From NCBI RefSeq assembly GCF_050920415.1, contig NZ_CP169309.1: DNA of 64,000 nt. One strand, given 5' to 3'. Source of the stretch: Escherichia coli. Its GTDB lineage: Bacteria > Pseudomonadota > Gammaproteobacteria > Enterobacterales > Enterobacteriaceae. Both the position numbers and the translations under genes were made by a program. The notes below the pieces were generated by a model. It saw only the letters and a program-made list of their open reading frames with translations, did not search any database and was not told the origin of the DNA. Positions 47,540 through 55,995 of the stretch are shown piece by piece; positions within the stretch are counted from its first letter, which is position 1, and every line of letters starts with the position of its first letter.

Positions 47540-49296
47540 TGGCAAAAGTGGCTGACGGGATCCGCTACGCCGAACGTGTTGTTGCAGGAGAAATTGTTGC
47601 TGGCGAATTTGTCCGCCTGGCCTGCCAGCGTTTTCTTGATGATCTGAAGTACGGCGAAGAGCGGGGGATTTATTTCAGTGAACCCCGTGCGCAGCACATC
47701 CTGAATTTCTACAAATTTGTGCCTCATGTAAAAGGGGCGCTGGCAGGCCAGCCCATTGAGTTGATGGACTGGCATGTATTTATCCTCATTAATATTTTTG
47801 GTTTTGTCATTCCGCTGGTCAATGAAGAGACCGGGGAAGTTGTCATGCGCAGCGATGGCAGCGGACGTCCGGTGATGGTGCGCCGGTTCCGGACGGCGTA
47901 CAACGAAGTCGCCCGTAAAAACGCAAAATCAACTCTGTCATCGGGTATCGGCCTGTATATGACGGGGGCAGATGGTGAAGGCGGAGCTGAGGTGTATTCA
48001 GCCGCAACCACGCGTGACCAGGCCAGAATCGTGTTTGAAGACGCCAAAAATATGGTCAGAAAAGCCCGGTCGACACTCGGGCGGTTGTTTGATTTCAACA
48101 AGCTGGCGATTTACCAGGAGCAGAGCGCATCAAAATTTGAACCGCTTTCTTCGGATGCAAACAACCTGGATGGTCTGAACATTCACTGCGCCATTATTGA
48201 TGAGCTGCATGCACATAAAACCCGTGACGTGTGGGACGTTCTGGAAACGGCAACCGGTGCTCGTCTGCAGTCCCTTTTATTTGGTATCACCACGGCAGGG
48301 TTTAACAAGGAAGGGATTTGTTACGAGCAGCGTGATTACGCCATCAAGGTATTGCGTGGCTATAACAGCGACGTGGAGGGCGCGGTAAAAGACGACTCCT
48401 ACTTTGCGATTATTTACACCCTCGATGAGGGAGATGATCCGTTTGATGAAACGGTCTGGCAGAAAGCGAATCCCGGCCTGGGCATCTGTAAACGCTGGGA
48501 TGATCTGCGTCGCTTGGCGAAAAAAGCGAAAGAACAGGTCTCTGCTCGGGTGAATTTTTTTACCAAACACATGAATGTGTGGGTAACAGCAGAGTCTGCC
48601 TGGATGGACATGATTAAGTGGGAGAAGTGCGAATACATTGCCCCACGACATGAGCTGAAAACGTATCCCATGTGGGTCGGCGTTGACCTTGCTCATAAGA
48701 TTGATATCTGTGCGGCGGCAAAACTCTGGCGAACGGATAACGGGCATGTTCATGCCGATTTTAAATTCTGGCTTCCGGAAGGACGGCTGGAACGATGCTC
48801 GCGGCAGCAGGCAGAACTTTACCGGAAGTGGGCGGAGATGGATAAGCTGATTCTGACGGATGGTGATGTTATCGATCATGCTCAGATAAAAAGTGACTTA
48901 CTGGAATGGATTGGTGGTGAAAACCTCAGGGAACTGGGATTTGACCCGTGGAGCGCGATGCAGTTCAGCCTGGCACTGGCTGAAGAAGGGATACCGCTGG
49001 TGGAGGTTCCGCAGACGGTTCGCAATCTGTCAGAGGCCATGAAGGAAACGGAATCACTGGTCTATGCCGGGCGTTTCCATCACAGCAATCATCCGGTCAT
49101 GAACTGGATGATGTCTAACGTTACGGTAAAACCGGACAAAAACGACAATATCTTCCCGAATAAATCCACGCTGGAAGCCAAAATCGACGGTCCTGTTGCG
49201 ATGTTTACAGCAATGAGCCGGATGCTGGTCAATGGCGGTGAACCGGAGCCGGATCTGTCTGAGCATCTGGTCAGCGTTGGTATCCGCTCGCTTTAA
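47539..49296 (+). CDS. Terminase large subunit
   Basis: 585 aa; ATPase N-terminus and nuclease C-terminus arrangement. Confidence 0.85.
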   Translation: MAKVADGIRYAERVVAGEIVAGEFVRLACQRFLDDLKYGEERGIYFSEPRAQHILNFYKFVPHVKGALAGQPIELMDWHVFILINIFGFVIPLVNEETGEVVMRSDGSGRPVMVRRFRTAYNEVARKNAKSTLSSGIGLYMTGADGEGGAEVYSAATTRDQARIVFEDAKNMVRKARSTLGRLFDFNKLAIYQEQSASKFEPLSSDANNLDGLNIHCAIIDELHAHKTRDVWDVLETATGARLQSLLFGITTAGFNKEGICYEQRDYAIKVLRGYNSDVEGAVKDDSYFAIIYTLDEGDDPFDETVWQKANPGLGICKRWDDLRRLAKKAKEQVSARVNFFTKHMNVWVTAESAWMDMIKWEKCEYIAPRHELKTYPMWVGVDLAHKIDICAAAKLWRTDNGHVHADFKFWLPEGRLERCSRQQAELYRKWAEMDKLILTDGDVIDHAQIKSDLLEWIGGENLRELGFDPWSAMQFSLALAEEGIPLVEVPQTVRNLSEAMKETESLVYAGRFHHSNHPVMNWMMSNVTVKPDKNDNIFPNKSTLEAKIDGPVAMFTAMSRMLVNGGEPEPDLSEHLVSVGIRSL

Positions 49297-49307
49297 CCGA
49301 GGTCATT

Positions 49308-49490
49308 ATGTTTCTGATAATTCTCACGCCACTGGTGGGCGTGCTGGGGGCGCTTTTGCTGTCGTATGGCACATGGCTGATTTATCCCCCGGCAGGTTTT
49401 GTTGTTGCCGGGGGGCTGTGCCTGTGCTGGTCGTGGCTGGTTGCGCGTTATCTCGATCGTGGTCACCGGGTCGCCTCCGGAGGTGAGTAA
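49308..49490 (+). CDS. Small hydrophobic protein (60 aa)
   Basis: Two predicted TM helices; tightly packed between the terminase and portal genes. Confidence 0.35.
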   Translation: MFLIILTPLVGVLGALLLSYGTWLIYPPAGFVVAGGLCLCWSWLVARYLDRGHRVASGGE

Positions 49491-50731
49491 TGTTTTTCCA
49501 GGGGCTTTTTCAACGTAAAAATAATACCCCCGTCACAACGCCCGGGATGCTTGCGGAAGAACTTGGGTTGTCATACGACACCTATACCGGAAAGCGGATC
49601 AGCAGTCAGCGGGCCATGCGGCTGACGGCGGTGTATTCCTGCGTCAGGGTGCTGGCGGAGTCTGTTGGTATGCTGCCCTGCAGCCTCTACAAAATCACCG
49701 GCACTCTTAAAACACGGGCAGTGGATGAACGACTGCATAAGCTGATTTCGGCAAAACCCAATGGCTACATGACACCGCAGGAATTCTGGGAGCTGGTTAT
49801 CGTCTGCCTGTGTCTGCGGGGTAATTTTTACGCTTACAAGGTGAAGGCGCTGGGAGAAGTGGTGGAGCTTCTTCCTATAGATCCGGGATGTGTGGAGCCG
49901 AAGCTGAACTGTCAGTGGCAGCCGGTTTATCAGGTGACATTTCCGGATGGTTCTGTGGATGTGCTGACTCAGGATGAAATCTGGCATGTGCGTACTCTGA
50001 CGCTGGACGGACTGGTCGGGCTGAATCCCATTGCGTATGCGCGTGAGGCCATTTCACTGGCAGCGGCAACCGAGGAGCACGGTGCCAGGTTGTTTGGCAA
50101 CGGTGCAGTGACATCCGGTGTGTTGCGTACGGATCAACAACTTTCTGATCAGGCTTATGCGCGTATCAAAAAGGATTTTGAGGAACGGCATGTCGGGCTG
50201 GGAAATTCTCATCGTCCGATGATTCTGGAAATGGGGCTGGACTGGAAAACGGTGGCACTGAATGCCGAGGACAGCCAGTTCCTGGAAACCCGCAAGTTTC
50301 AGCTGGAAGAAATCTGTCGCCTGTTCCGCGTGCCGCTGCATATGGTGCAGAACACCGATCGCGCCACCTTCAACAATATTGAAGAGCTGGGGCTTGGTTT
50401 CATTAACTATTCCCTTGTGCCGTATCTGACCCGTATTGAGCAACGGATCAATACAGGGCTGGTCAGGGAGAGCAAGCAGGGGAAGTTTTACGCCAAATTT
50501 AATGCCGGAGCATTGTTGCGTGGCGACATGAAATCCCGCTTTGAAGCGTATGCCACGGGGATCAACTGGGGGATTTATTCCCCTAATGACTGCCGTGATC
50601 TGGAAGATATGAATCCCAGACCGGGTGGTGATGTGTATCTGACACCGATGAACATGACCACCAGTCCCTCTGCTGGCGATGACAACGGTAAGAAAAAGGA
50701 GAGTGGAGATGCAGACAAAACAGCGTCTTGA
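49490..50731 (+). CDS. Portal protein (HK97-family)
   Basis: 413 aa; position after the terminase. Confidence 0.8.
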   Translation: MFFQGLFQRKNNTPVTTPGMLAEELGLSYDTYTGKRISSQRAMRLTAVYSCVRVLAESVGMLPCSLYKITGTLKTRAVDERLHKLISAKPNGYMTPQEFWELVIVCLCLRGNFYAYKVKALGEVVELLPIDPGCVEPKLNCQWQPVYQVTFPDGSVDVLTQDEIWHVRTLTLDGLVGLNPIAYAREAISLAAATEEHGARLFGNGAVTSGVLRTDQQLSDQAYARIKKDFEERHVGLGNSHRPMILEMGLDWKTVALNAEDSQFLETRKFQLEEICRLFRVPLHMVQNTDRATFNNIEELGLGFINYSLVPYLTRIEQRINTGLVRESKQGKFYAKFNAGALLRGDMKSRFEAYATGINWGIYSPNDCRDLEDMNPRPGGDVYLTPMNMTTSPSAGDDNGKKKESGDADKTAS

Positions 50732-51359
50732 TATACCGCTGAACCTGAAATCCGTCAGTGATTCCGGGGAATTTGAAGGTTACGGTTCTGTTTTTGGTGT
50801 TAAGGACAGCCACGATGATGTGGTGGTCCCCGGTGCCTTTACCACAACACTCCAGAAATGGAGCGAAAAAAAGGCGCTGCCTGCGTTGCTCTGGCAGCAC
50901 CGCATGGATGAGCCCATCGGTGTGTACACCGAAATGAAAGAAGATGATGTCGGGCTTTATGTCAGGGGGCGATTACTCGTTGATGATGATCCCCTGGCAA
51001 AACGTGCACATGCCCATATGAAGGCCGGTTCTTTAACCGGCCTTTCTATTGGCTACATCCTGAAAGACTGGGAGTACGACCGTGAAAAAGGGGTATTCCT
51101 GCTGAAAGAGATCGACTTGTGGGAGGTCAGTCTGGTGACGTTTCCTTCCAATGATGAGGCACGCATCAGCGATGTGAAAAATGCGCTGGCGCGTGGGGAG
51201 ATCCCTGATCAGAAAATTATTGAGCGAGTCCTGCGCGATGTTGGACTCTCGCGAACCCAGGCCAAAGCATTCATGGCCGGGGGATATGGCGCTTTATCCC
51301 TGCGTGATGCTGAGGATGTGGATGCCGCACTGAATGCACTGAAAAATCTTAAATTTTAA
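50709..51359 (+). CDS. Prohead maturation protease (HK97-family)
   Basis: MQTKQRLDIPLNLKSVSDSGEFEGYGSVFGVKDSHDDVVVPGAF...; AGGAG RBS; overlaps the portal 3' end. Confidence 0.8.
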   Translation: MQTKQRLDIPLNLKSVSDSGEFEGYGSVFGVKDSHDDVVVPGAFTTTLQKWSEKKALPALLWQHRMDEPIGVYTEMKEDDVGLYVRGRLLVDDDPLAKRAHAHMKAGSLTGLSIGYILKDWEYDREKGVFLLKEIDLWEVSLVTFPSNDEARISDVKNALARGEIPDQKIIERVLRDVGLSRTQAKAFMAGGYGALSLRDAEDVDAALNALKNLKF

Positions 51360-51373
51360 CCAGGAGAAAAATA

Positions 51374-52597
51374 ATGGCTGACATTAAAGATGTGGAGCAG
51401 GTCGCGCAGGAGCTGCAGCAGAAGTTTGACGATTTTAAGGCAAAAAACGACAAGCGCATTGACGCGATCGAACAGGAAAAAGGCAAGCTGGCCGAACAGG
51501 TGGAAAGCCTGAACGGGCAAATCAGCGAGCTGGAGAACCTGAAAAGCGACCTGGAAAAAGAGCTGGCAGACATCAAGCGTCCGGCAGGCGGCACGCAAAA
51601 TAAAGTTGCCAGTGAACACAAAGAAGCGTTTATCGGATTTATGCGCAAGGGGCGTGAAGACGGCCTGCGTGAGCTGGAGCGTAAGGCGCTGCAGGTGGGC
51701 AATGATGAAGATGGCGGTTATGCCATTCCGGAAGAACTGGATCGCACCATTCTGACGCTACTGAAAGATGAGGTGGTGATGCGCCAGGAAGCCACTGTGA
51801 TCACCCTCGGGGGCTCGGATTATAAAAAACTGGTGAATCTGGGCGGCACAACGTCCGGATGGGTGGGGGAAACGGATGCACGTCCGGAAACCGCCACCTC
51901 AAAACTGGGGCTGATTGAACCCTTTATGGGGGAAATCTACGGCAACCCGCAGGCCACCCAGAAAATGCTCGATGACGCTTTCTTCAATGTGGAAGACTGG
52001 ATCAACAGTGAGCTGGCGCTGGAATTTGCCGAACAGGAAGAAATTGCCTTTACCAGTGGCGACGGCAGCAAAAAACCAAAAGGTTTTCTGGCTTATGAGT
52101 CCACCGATGAAGATGACAAGACCCGTGCGTTTGGCAAACTTCAGCACATCGCTTCCGGTGCGGCTTCTGGCGTGACTGCCGATGCGATCATTAAACTGAT
52201 TTACACCCTGCGCAAGGCGCATCGCAGCGGCGCGAAGTTCATGATGAATAACAGCAGCCTGTTTGCCATTCGCCTGCTGAAGGATAACGACGGAAATTAT
52301 CTGTGGCGTCCGGGCATTGAGCTGGGTCAGCCTTCTTCACTGGCGGGGTATGGCATCGTTGAGAATGAGCAGATGCCGGATATTGCTGCCGATGCAAAAG
52401 CTATTGCGTTTGGTAACTTCAAACGCGGCTATACCATCGTTGATCGTATCGGCACCCGCATCCTGCGCGATCCTTACACCAACAAACCGTTTGTGGGCTT
52501 TTATACAACCAAACGAACCGGCGGTATGCTGGTGGATTCTCAGGCGATTAAGCTGATGAAGATCGGTGCTGCAACCCGCCAGAAAGCCGCTGCGTAA
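51374..52597 (+). CDS. Major capsid protein (HK97-fold)
   Basis: 407 aa; N-terminal coiled-coil scaffold-like delta domain followed by the capsid domain. Confidence 0.8.
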   Translation: MADIKDVEQVAQELQQKFDDFKAKNDKRIDAIEQEKGKLAEQVESLNGQISELENLKSDLEKELADIKRPAGGTQNKVASEHKEAFIGFMRKGREDGLRELERKALQVGNDEDGGYAIPEELDRTILTLLKDEVVMRQEATVITLGGSDYKKLVNLGGTTSGWVGETDARPETATSKLGLIEPFMGEIYGNPQATQKMLDDAFFNVEDWINSELALEFAEQEEIAFTSGDGSKKPKGFLAYESTDEDDKTRAFGKLQHIASGAASGVTADAIIKLIYTLRKAHRSGAKFMMNNSSLFAIRLLKDNDGNYLWRPGIELGQPSSLAGYGIVENEQMPDIAADAKAIAFGNFKRGYTIVDRIGTRILRDPYTNKPFVGFYTTKRTGGMLVDSQAIKLMKIGAATRQKAAA

Positions 52598-52641
52598 TGC
52601 AGTTTTTTATGCCCGCACAGTGTTGCGGGCAGGAGTTTCTG

Positions 52642-52959
52642 ATGGCAGCAATAGTGGAAAAACTCAGGGCGCAGTGCCGTATTGATACAGATGATGCAAC
52701 TGATGATGAGTTACTGATGCTGTATTTCCGGGCTGCCTGCCGCAAGGCAGAAAATTTTATCAACCGTAAGCTTTATGAGGAGATGGTGCCGGAAGGTGAT
52801 CCTGAAGGGGTGCTTATAGCTGATGATGTTTTGTTGGCGCTCATGTTGCTGGTCGGACACTGGTACGAAAACCGGGAAAATTCCTCAGATGTCAGCAAGG
52901 CACCAGTCCCGTTTGGTTTTTCTTCTCTGCTGGAGCCTTATCGTTTTATTCCTTTGTAG
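52642..52959 (+). CDS. Head-tail connector / DNA-packaging protein (gp6-like)
   Basis: MAAIVEKLRAQCRIDTDDATDDELLMLYFRAA...; CAGGAG RBS. Confidence 0.6.
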   Translation: MAAIVEKLRAQCRIDTDDATDDELLMLYFRAACRKAENFINRKLYEEMVPEGDPEGVLIADDVLLALMLLVGHWYENRENSSDVSKAPVPFGFSSLLEPYRFIPL

Positions 52960-52967
52960 GAGGAACC

Positions 52968-53306
52968 ATGCAGGCGGGCAGATTACGTGATCGCGTAACT
53001 ATTCTGAATGTCACCACCGCCCGCTCTCCGTCAGGGCATCCGGTGGAGACGGTGACGGAGGGAGCTACCGTATGGGCAGAAGTTAAGGGTATCAGCGGGA
53101 GGGAGAGAATATCAGGAGGTGCAGAAACCGCTCAGGCTACGGTCAGAGTCTGGATGAGATTCCGACGCGATGTGACGGCAGCTTCACGTCTGAAAGTGCT
53201 GACCGGTGCATTCAAAGGAGCCATTCTTGGTATAGAAGGGCCACCAATACCGGATGCACGCACCACCCGGCTTGAAATACTCTGCAGCCTGAAGGGGAAT
53301 GTGTGA
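52968..53306 (+). CDS. Head closure / head-tail adaptor protein
   Basis: 112 aa ORF in the conserved head-tail joining position. Confidence 0.55.
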   Translation: MQAGRLRDRVTILNVTTARSPSGHPVETVTEGATVWAEVKGISGRERISGGAETAQATVRVWMRFRRDVTAASRLKVLTGAFKGAILGIEGPPIPDARTTRLEILCSLKGNV

Positions 53307-53752
53307 TGGATTTCAGTCTTGATTTTTCCGGCCTGGCGGATATTGCACGGGATCTGGAGACGCTCAGCAGGGCAGAAAACAATAAGGTTCTGCGCGATGC
53401 CACCCGTGCCGGTGCTGAAATTATGCGGGATGCAGTTGTTGAACGTGCGCCGGAGCGAACCGGGAAACTGAAGAAAAATGTGGTTGTTCTCACGCAGCGT
53501 TCAAAGCGTCGGGGGGAAATTATCTCGGGTGTCCACATTCGCGGACGGAACCTGCGAACCGGAAACAGTGATAACAGCATGAAAGCCAGCGATCCCCGAA
53601 ATGCGTTTTACTGGCGCTTTGTGGAGCTGGGAACGATAAACATGCCCGCGCATCCATTCATTCGCCCGGCTTTCGATACGACAGAGGAGCTGGTGGCGCA
53701 GGTTGCCATACAGCGAATGAATCAGGCTATTGATGAGGTCTTAAGTAAATGA
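53303..53752 (+). CDS. Tail component (HK97 gp10-like)
   Basis: 149 aa; overlapping gene in the conserved position. Confidence 0.55.
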   Translation: MMDFSLDFSGLADIARDLETLSRAENNKVLRDATRAGAEIMRDAVVERAPERTGKLKKNVVVLTQRSKRRGEIISGVHIRGRNLRTGNSDNSMKASDPRNAFYWRFVELGTINMPAHPFIRPAFDTTEELVAQVAIQRMNQAIDEVLSK

Positions 53753-54093
53753 GGGAAGCCACACTGTATTCCCTGCTGTCTCAGTTGGCCGGAGGACAGG
53801 TTTATCCTTATGTGGTCCCGCTGACGGAGGGAAAGCCTGCGGTATCTCCGCCGTGGCTGGTGTTTTCTGTGGTGTCTGACACGGCGTCTGATGTGCTTGA
53901 TGGTCAGGCTGAATCCAGAATTACCGTGCAGATCGATGTCTGGGCAACAGTACCTGATGACGCAGATGATATCCGTGAGCAGGCGCTTGATGCGGTAAGG
54001 CAACTTGCACCCTCCGTTATTTCTAAAACTCAGGGTTATGATCCTGATTCCCGTCTGAGCAGAGCCACGCTTGAATTTCAGGTAATAGCCTGA
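53749..54093 (+). CDS. Tail completion protein
   Basis: 114 aa; conserved position before the major tail protein. Confidence 0.5.
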   Translation: MREATLYSLLSQLAGGQVYPYVVPLTEGKPAVSPPWLVFSVVSDTASDVLDGQAESRITVQIDVWATVPDDADDIREQALDAVRQLAPSVISKTQGYDPDSRLSRATLEFQVIA

Positions 54094-54111
54094 GGTCGTT
54101 AATGATTTTAC

Positions 54112-54140
54112 CCACCCGCCGCTGGCGGGTTTTTTTATTT
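54112..54140 (+). terminator. Terminator/attenuator upstream of the major tail protein gene
   Basis: ACCCGCC-gctg-GCGGGT followed by TTTTTTTATTTT. Confidence 0.6.
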
Positions 54141-54153
54141 TCAGGAGACGAGT

Positions 54154-54858
54154 ATGTCCTCTAATTTTGAGCGTTCGCAACTGACGAAAATTATGATTTC
54201 GTCTGCACCGGTAACAGCAGAAACCCTGGATTCTGCCAGCTATCTTGGCCTGAGCTGTACAATCAAAGAGGTGCAGTTTACCGCAGGACAAAAGCAGGAT
54301 ATTGATGTCACCACGCTGTGTTCTGTTGAGCAGGAAAATATTAACGGTCTTGGTGCCGCGTCAGAGATTTCCATGTCAGGCAACTTTTACCTCAATGCTG
54401 CCCAGAACGCGTTGCGCAGTGCCTATGACAATGACACCACGTATGGCTTTAAAGTTATTTTTCCGTCAGGAAACGGATTTACCTTTATGGCAGAGGTGCG
54501 TCAGCATACCTGGTCTGCAGGAACCAATGGTGTTGTGGCTGCAACGTTTTCCCTGCGCCTGAAAGGTAAACCTGTGCTGACGACAGAGCCGCTGAAAGTG
54601 AAGGTCGATTTAAACAGCACGCTGCAGGTTTCTGCCGGAGCGAAACTCGAAATGGTGGTTGAGGCTGCCGGTGGTGTGCCGCCTTATTCTTATGTCTGGA
54701 AGAAAGGTAGTTCTCCTGTTTCCGGACAGACGGCGGCAACGTTCAGTAAGGCATTGGCAGTATCCGGTGATGCGGGCGCATATACCTGCGAGATTTCTGA
54801 TTCAGCAAGCCCGGTTAACAAAGTGACCTCCACTTCCTGCACTGTAACCGTCAGTTAA
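54154..54858 (+). CDS. Major tail protein with C-terminal Ig-like domain
   Basis: 234 aa; C-terminal Ig-like segment (VSAGAKLEMVVEAAGGVPPYSYVWKKGSSPVSGQTAATFSK). Confidence 0.75.
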   Translation: MSSNFERSQLTKIMISSAPVTAETLDSASYLGLSCTIKEVQFTAGQKQDIDVTTLCSVEQENINGLGAASEISMSGNFYLNAAQNALRSAYDNDTTYGFKVIFPSGNGFTFMAEVRQHTWSAGTNGVVAATFSLRLKGKPVLTTEPLKVKVDLNSTLQVSAGAKLEMVVEAAGGVPPYSYVWKKGSSPVSGQTAATFSKALAVSGDAGAYTCEISDSASPVNKVTSTSCTVTVS

Positions 54859-55244
54859 TGAGGATGGGTGTGATGACTAAAAATATCCGTAATCTGGCTC
54901 TGGCAACGATGTCGGGGTTTCGCCATAAAACTGTTGATGTGCCTGAATGGGAAGGGGCAACGGTTGTATTACGGGAACCTTCTGCAGAAGCCTGGTTGCG
55001 CTGGCAGGAGATCGTTAAAGCAAAAGATGATGAGACACCGTTATCCGTTGCGGAGCGCGCCCGCCGAAATCTGGAGGCAGATGTTGAACTGTTCATTGAT
55101 GTTCTGTGTGATACCGGACTGCAACCTGTATTTTCAGAGGATGATCGTGAACAGGTGATTGCCGTGTATGGCCCGGTGCATGCGCGGCTTCTTCGGCAGT
55201 CTCTGGAACTGATCAGTGATGCCGGCGAGGTTAAAAAAAAGTAG
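54858..55244 (+). CDS. Tail assembly chaperone (G-like)
   Basis: 128 aa immediately upstream of the tape measure region; ends at a slippery A-run. Confidence 0.75.
   Translation: MRMGVMTKNIRNLALATMSGFRHKTVDVPEWEGATVVLREPSAEAWLRWQEIVKAKDDETPLSVAERARRNLEADVELFIDVLCDTGLQPVFSEDDREQVIAVYGPVHARLLRQSLELISDAGEVKKK
55235..55241 (+). other. Programmed -1 ribosomal frameshift slippery site
   Basis: A AAA AAG heptamer within an 8-A run 1 codon before the G stop; downstream ORF is in the -1 frame. Confidence 0.7.
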
Positions 55245-55255
55245 CGCTTCCGGGG

Positions 55256-55546
55256 ATGCGTTTTCTGATGATGCTGGCACTCAGGATGGGGCGCACATTG
55301 TCAGAGTTACGCCGGGAAATGTCCGCATCAGAAATCATGATGTGGGCAGAATTTGACAGGTTCAGCCCGCTGGGGGACGAACGGGCTGATATCCGGGCTG
55401 CCCAGATTGTTTCAGCTGTTTACGGTGCGCAGGGTGTCAAAGTACCACTGAATGATGCGCTTCTTCAGTGGGAGCATGAATCAGAAGAAAATAAATGCGA
55501 TGATCCATTTATTGGATTAGAGGTTGCTCTAATGTCTTCACTATAA
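55256..55546 (+). CDS. T-domain of the frameshifted tail assembly chaperone (GT-like extension)
   Basis: ORF in the -1 frame relative to G, no independent RBS. Confidence 0.65.
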   Translation: MRFLMMLALRMGRTLSELRREMSASEIMMWAEFDRFSPLGDERADIRAAQIVSAVYGAQGVKVPLNDALLQWEHESEENKCDDPFIGLEVALMSSL

Positions 55547-55604
55547 GATAATTTTTTAATCGTTTTGAAATTGAATGCTTTACTCAAAGTCAGGAGGATT
55601 AATC

Positions 55605-55946
55605 ATGAGAAAATCAGTGGTGACATTAGCTTGTTTGTTTTTTATTAGTGCATGTAAGCCATCAGATAATTATGTTATTTCTTTAGGGGAAAACTTAGTT
55701 AAAGATAAGCTTATTGATCCTGATAGTGCAAAATTTAATTCTTTTTTTCATAAGTCAGGTGATTTATATGGTTATGTTTGTGGTGATGTTAATTCAAAAA
55801 ACACGTTTGGTGGATATACAGGGAAAAAGCCATATTTTGTTTATTTGGAAGTTGTGGATGGAAAAGTTAAGAGTCATGGGACTGTAACAATTGTTAATGA
55901 TCATGATCCAAGCAGTATGGAAAAATATAAGTTGTTTTGCCAATAA
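55605..55946 (+). CDS. Low-GC lipoprotein moron (113 aa)
   Basis: GGAGG RBS; signal peptide with lipobox MRKSVVTLACLFFISAC; strong AT bias relative to flanking tail genes. Confidence 0.7.
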   Translation: MRKSVVTLACLFFISACKPSDNYVISLGENLVKDKLIDPDSAKFNSFFHKSGDLYGYVCGDVNSKNTFGGYTGKKPYFVYLEVVDGKVKSHGTVTIVNDHDPSSMEKYKLFCQ

Positions 55947-55955
55947 TTATCATCT

Positions 55956-55983
55956 TAAAAAACCGCAGAAGCGGTTTTTTTAT
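55956..55983 (+). terminator. Rho-independent terminator after the lipoprotein moron
   Basis: AACCGC-agaa-GCGGTT followed by TTTTTTT. Confidence 0.7.
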
Positions 55984-55995
55984 GGGGTAAAGTAA

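Noticed and set aside
48277-48879. 200-aa minus-strand ORF inside the large terminase gene
   Set aside because: Antisense to a conserved essential gene; no support.
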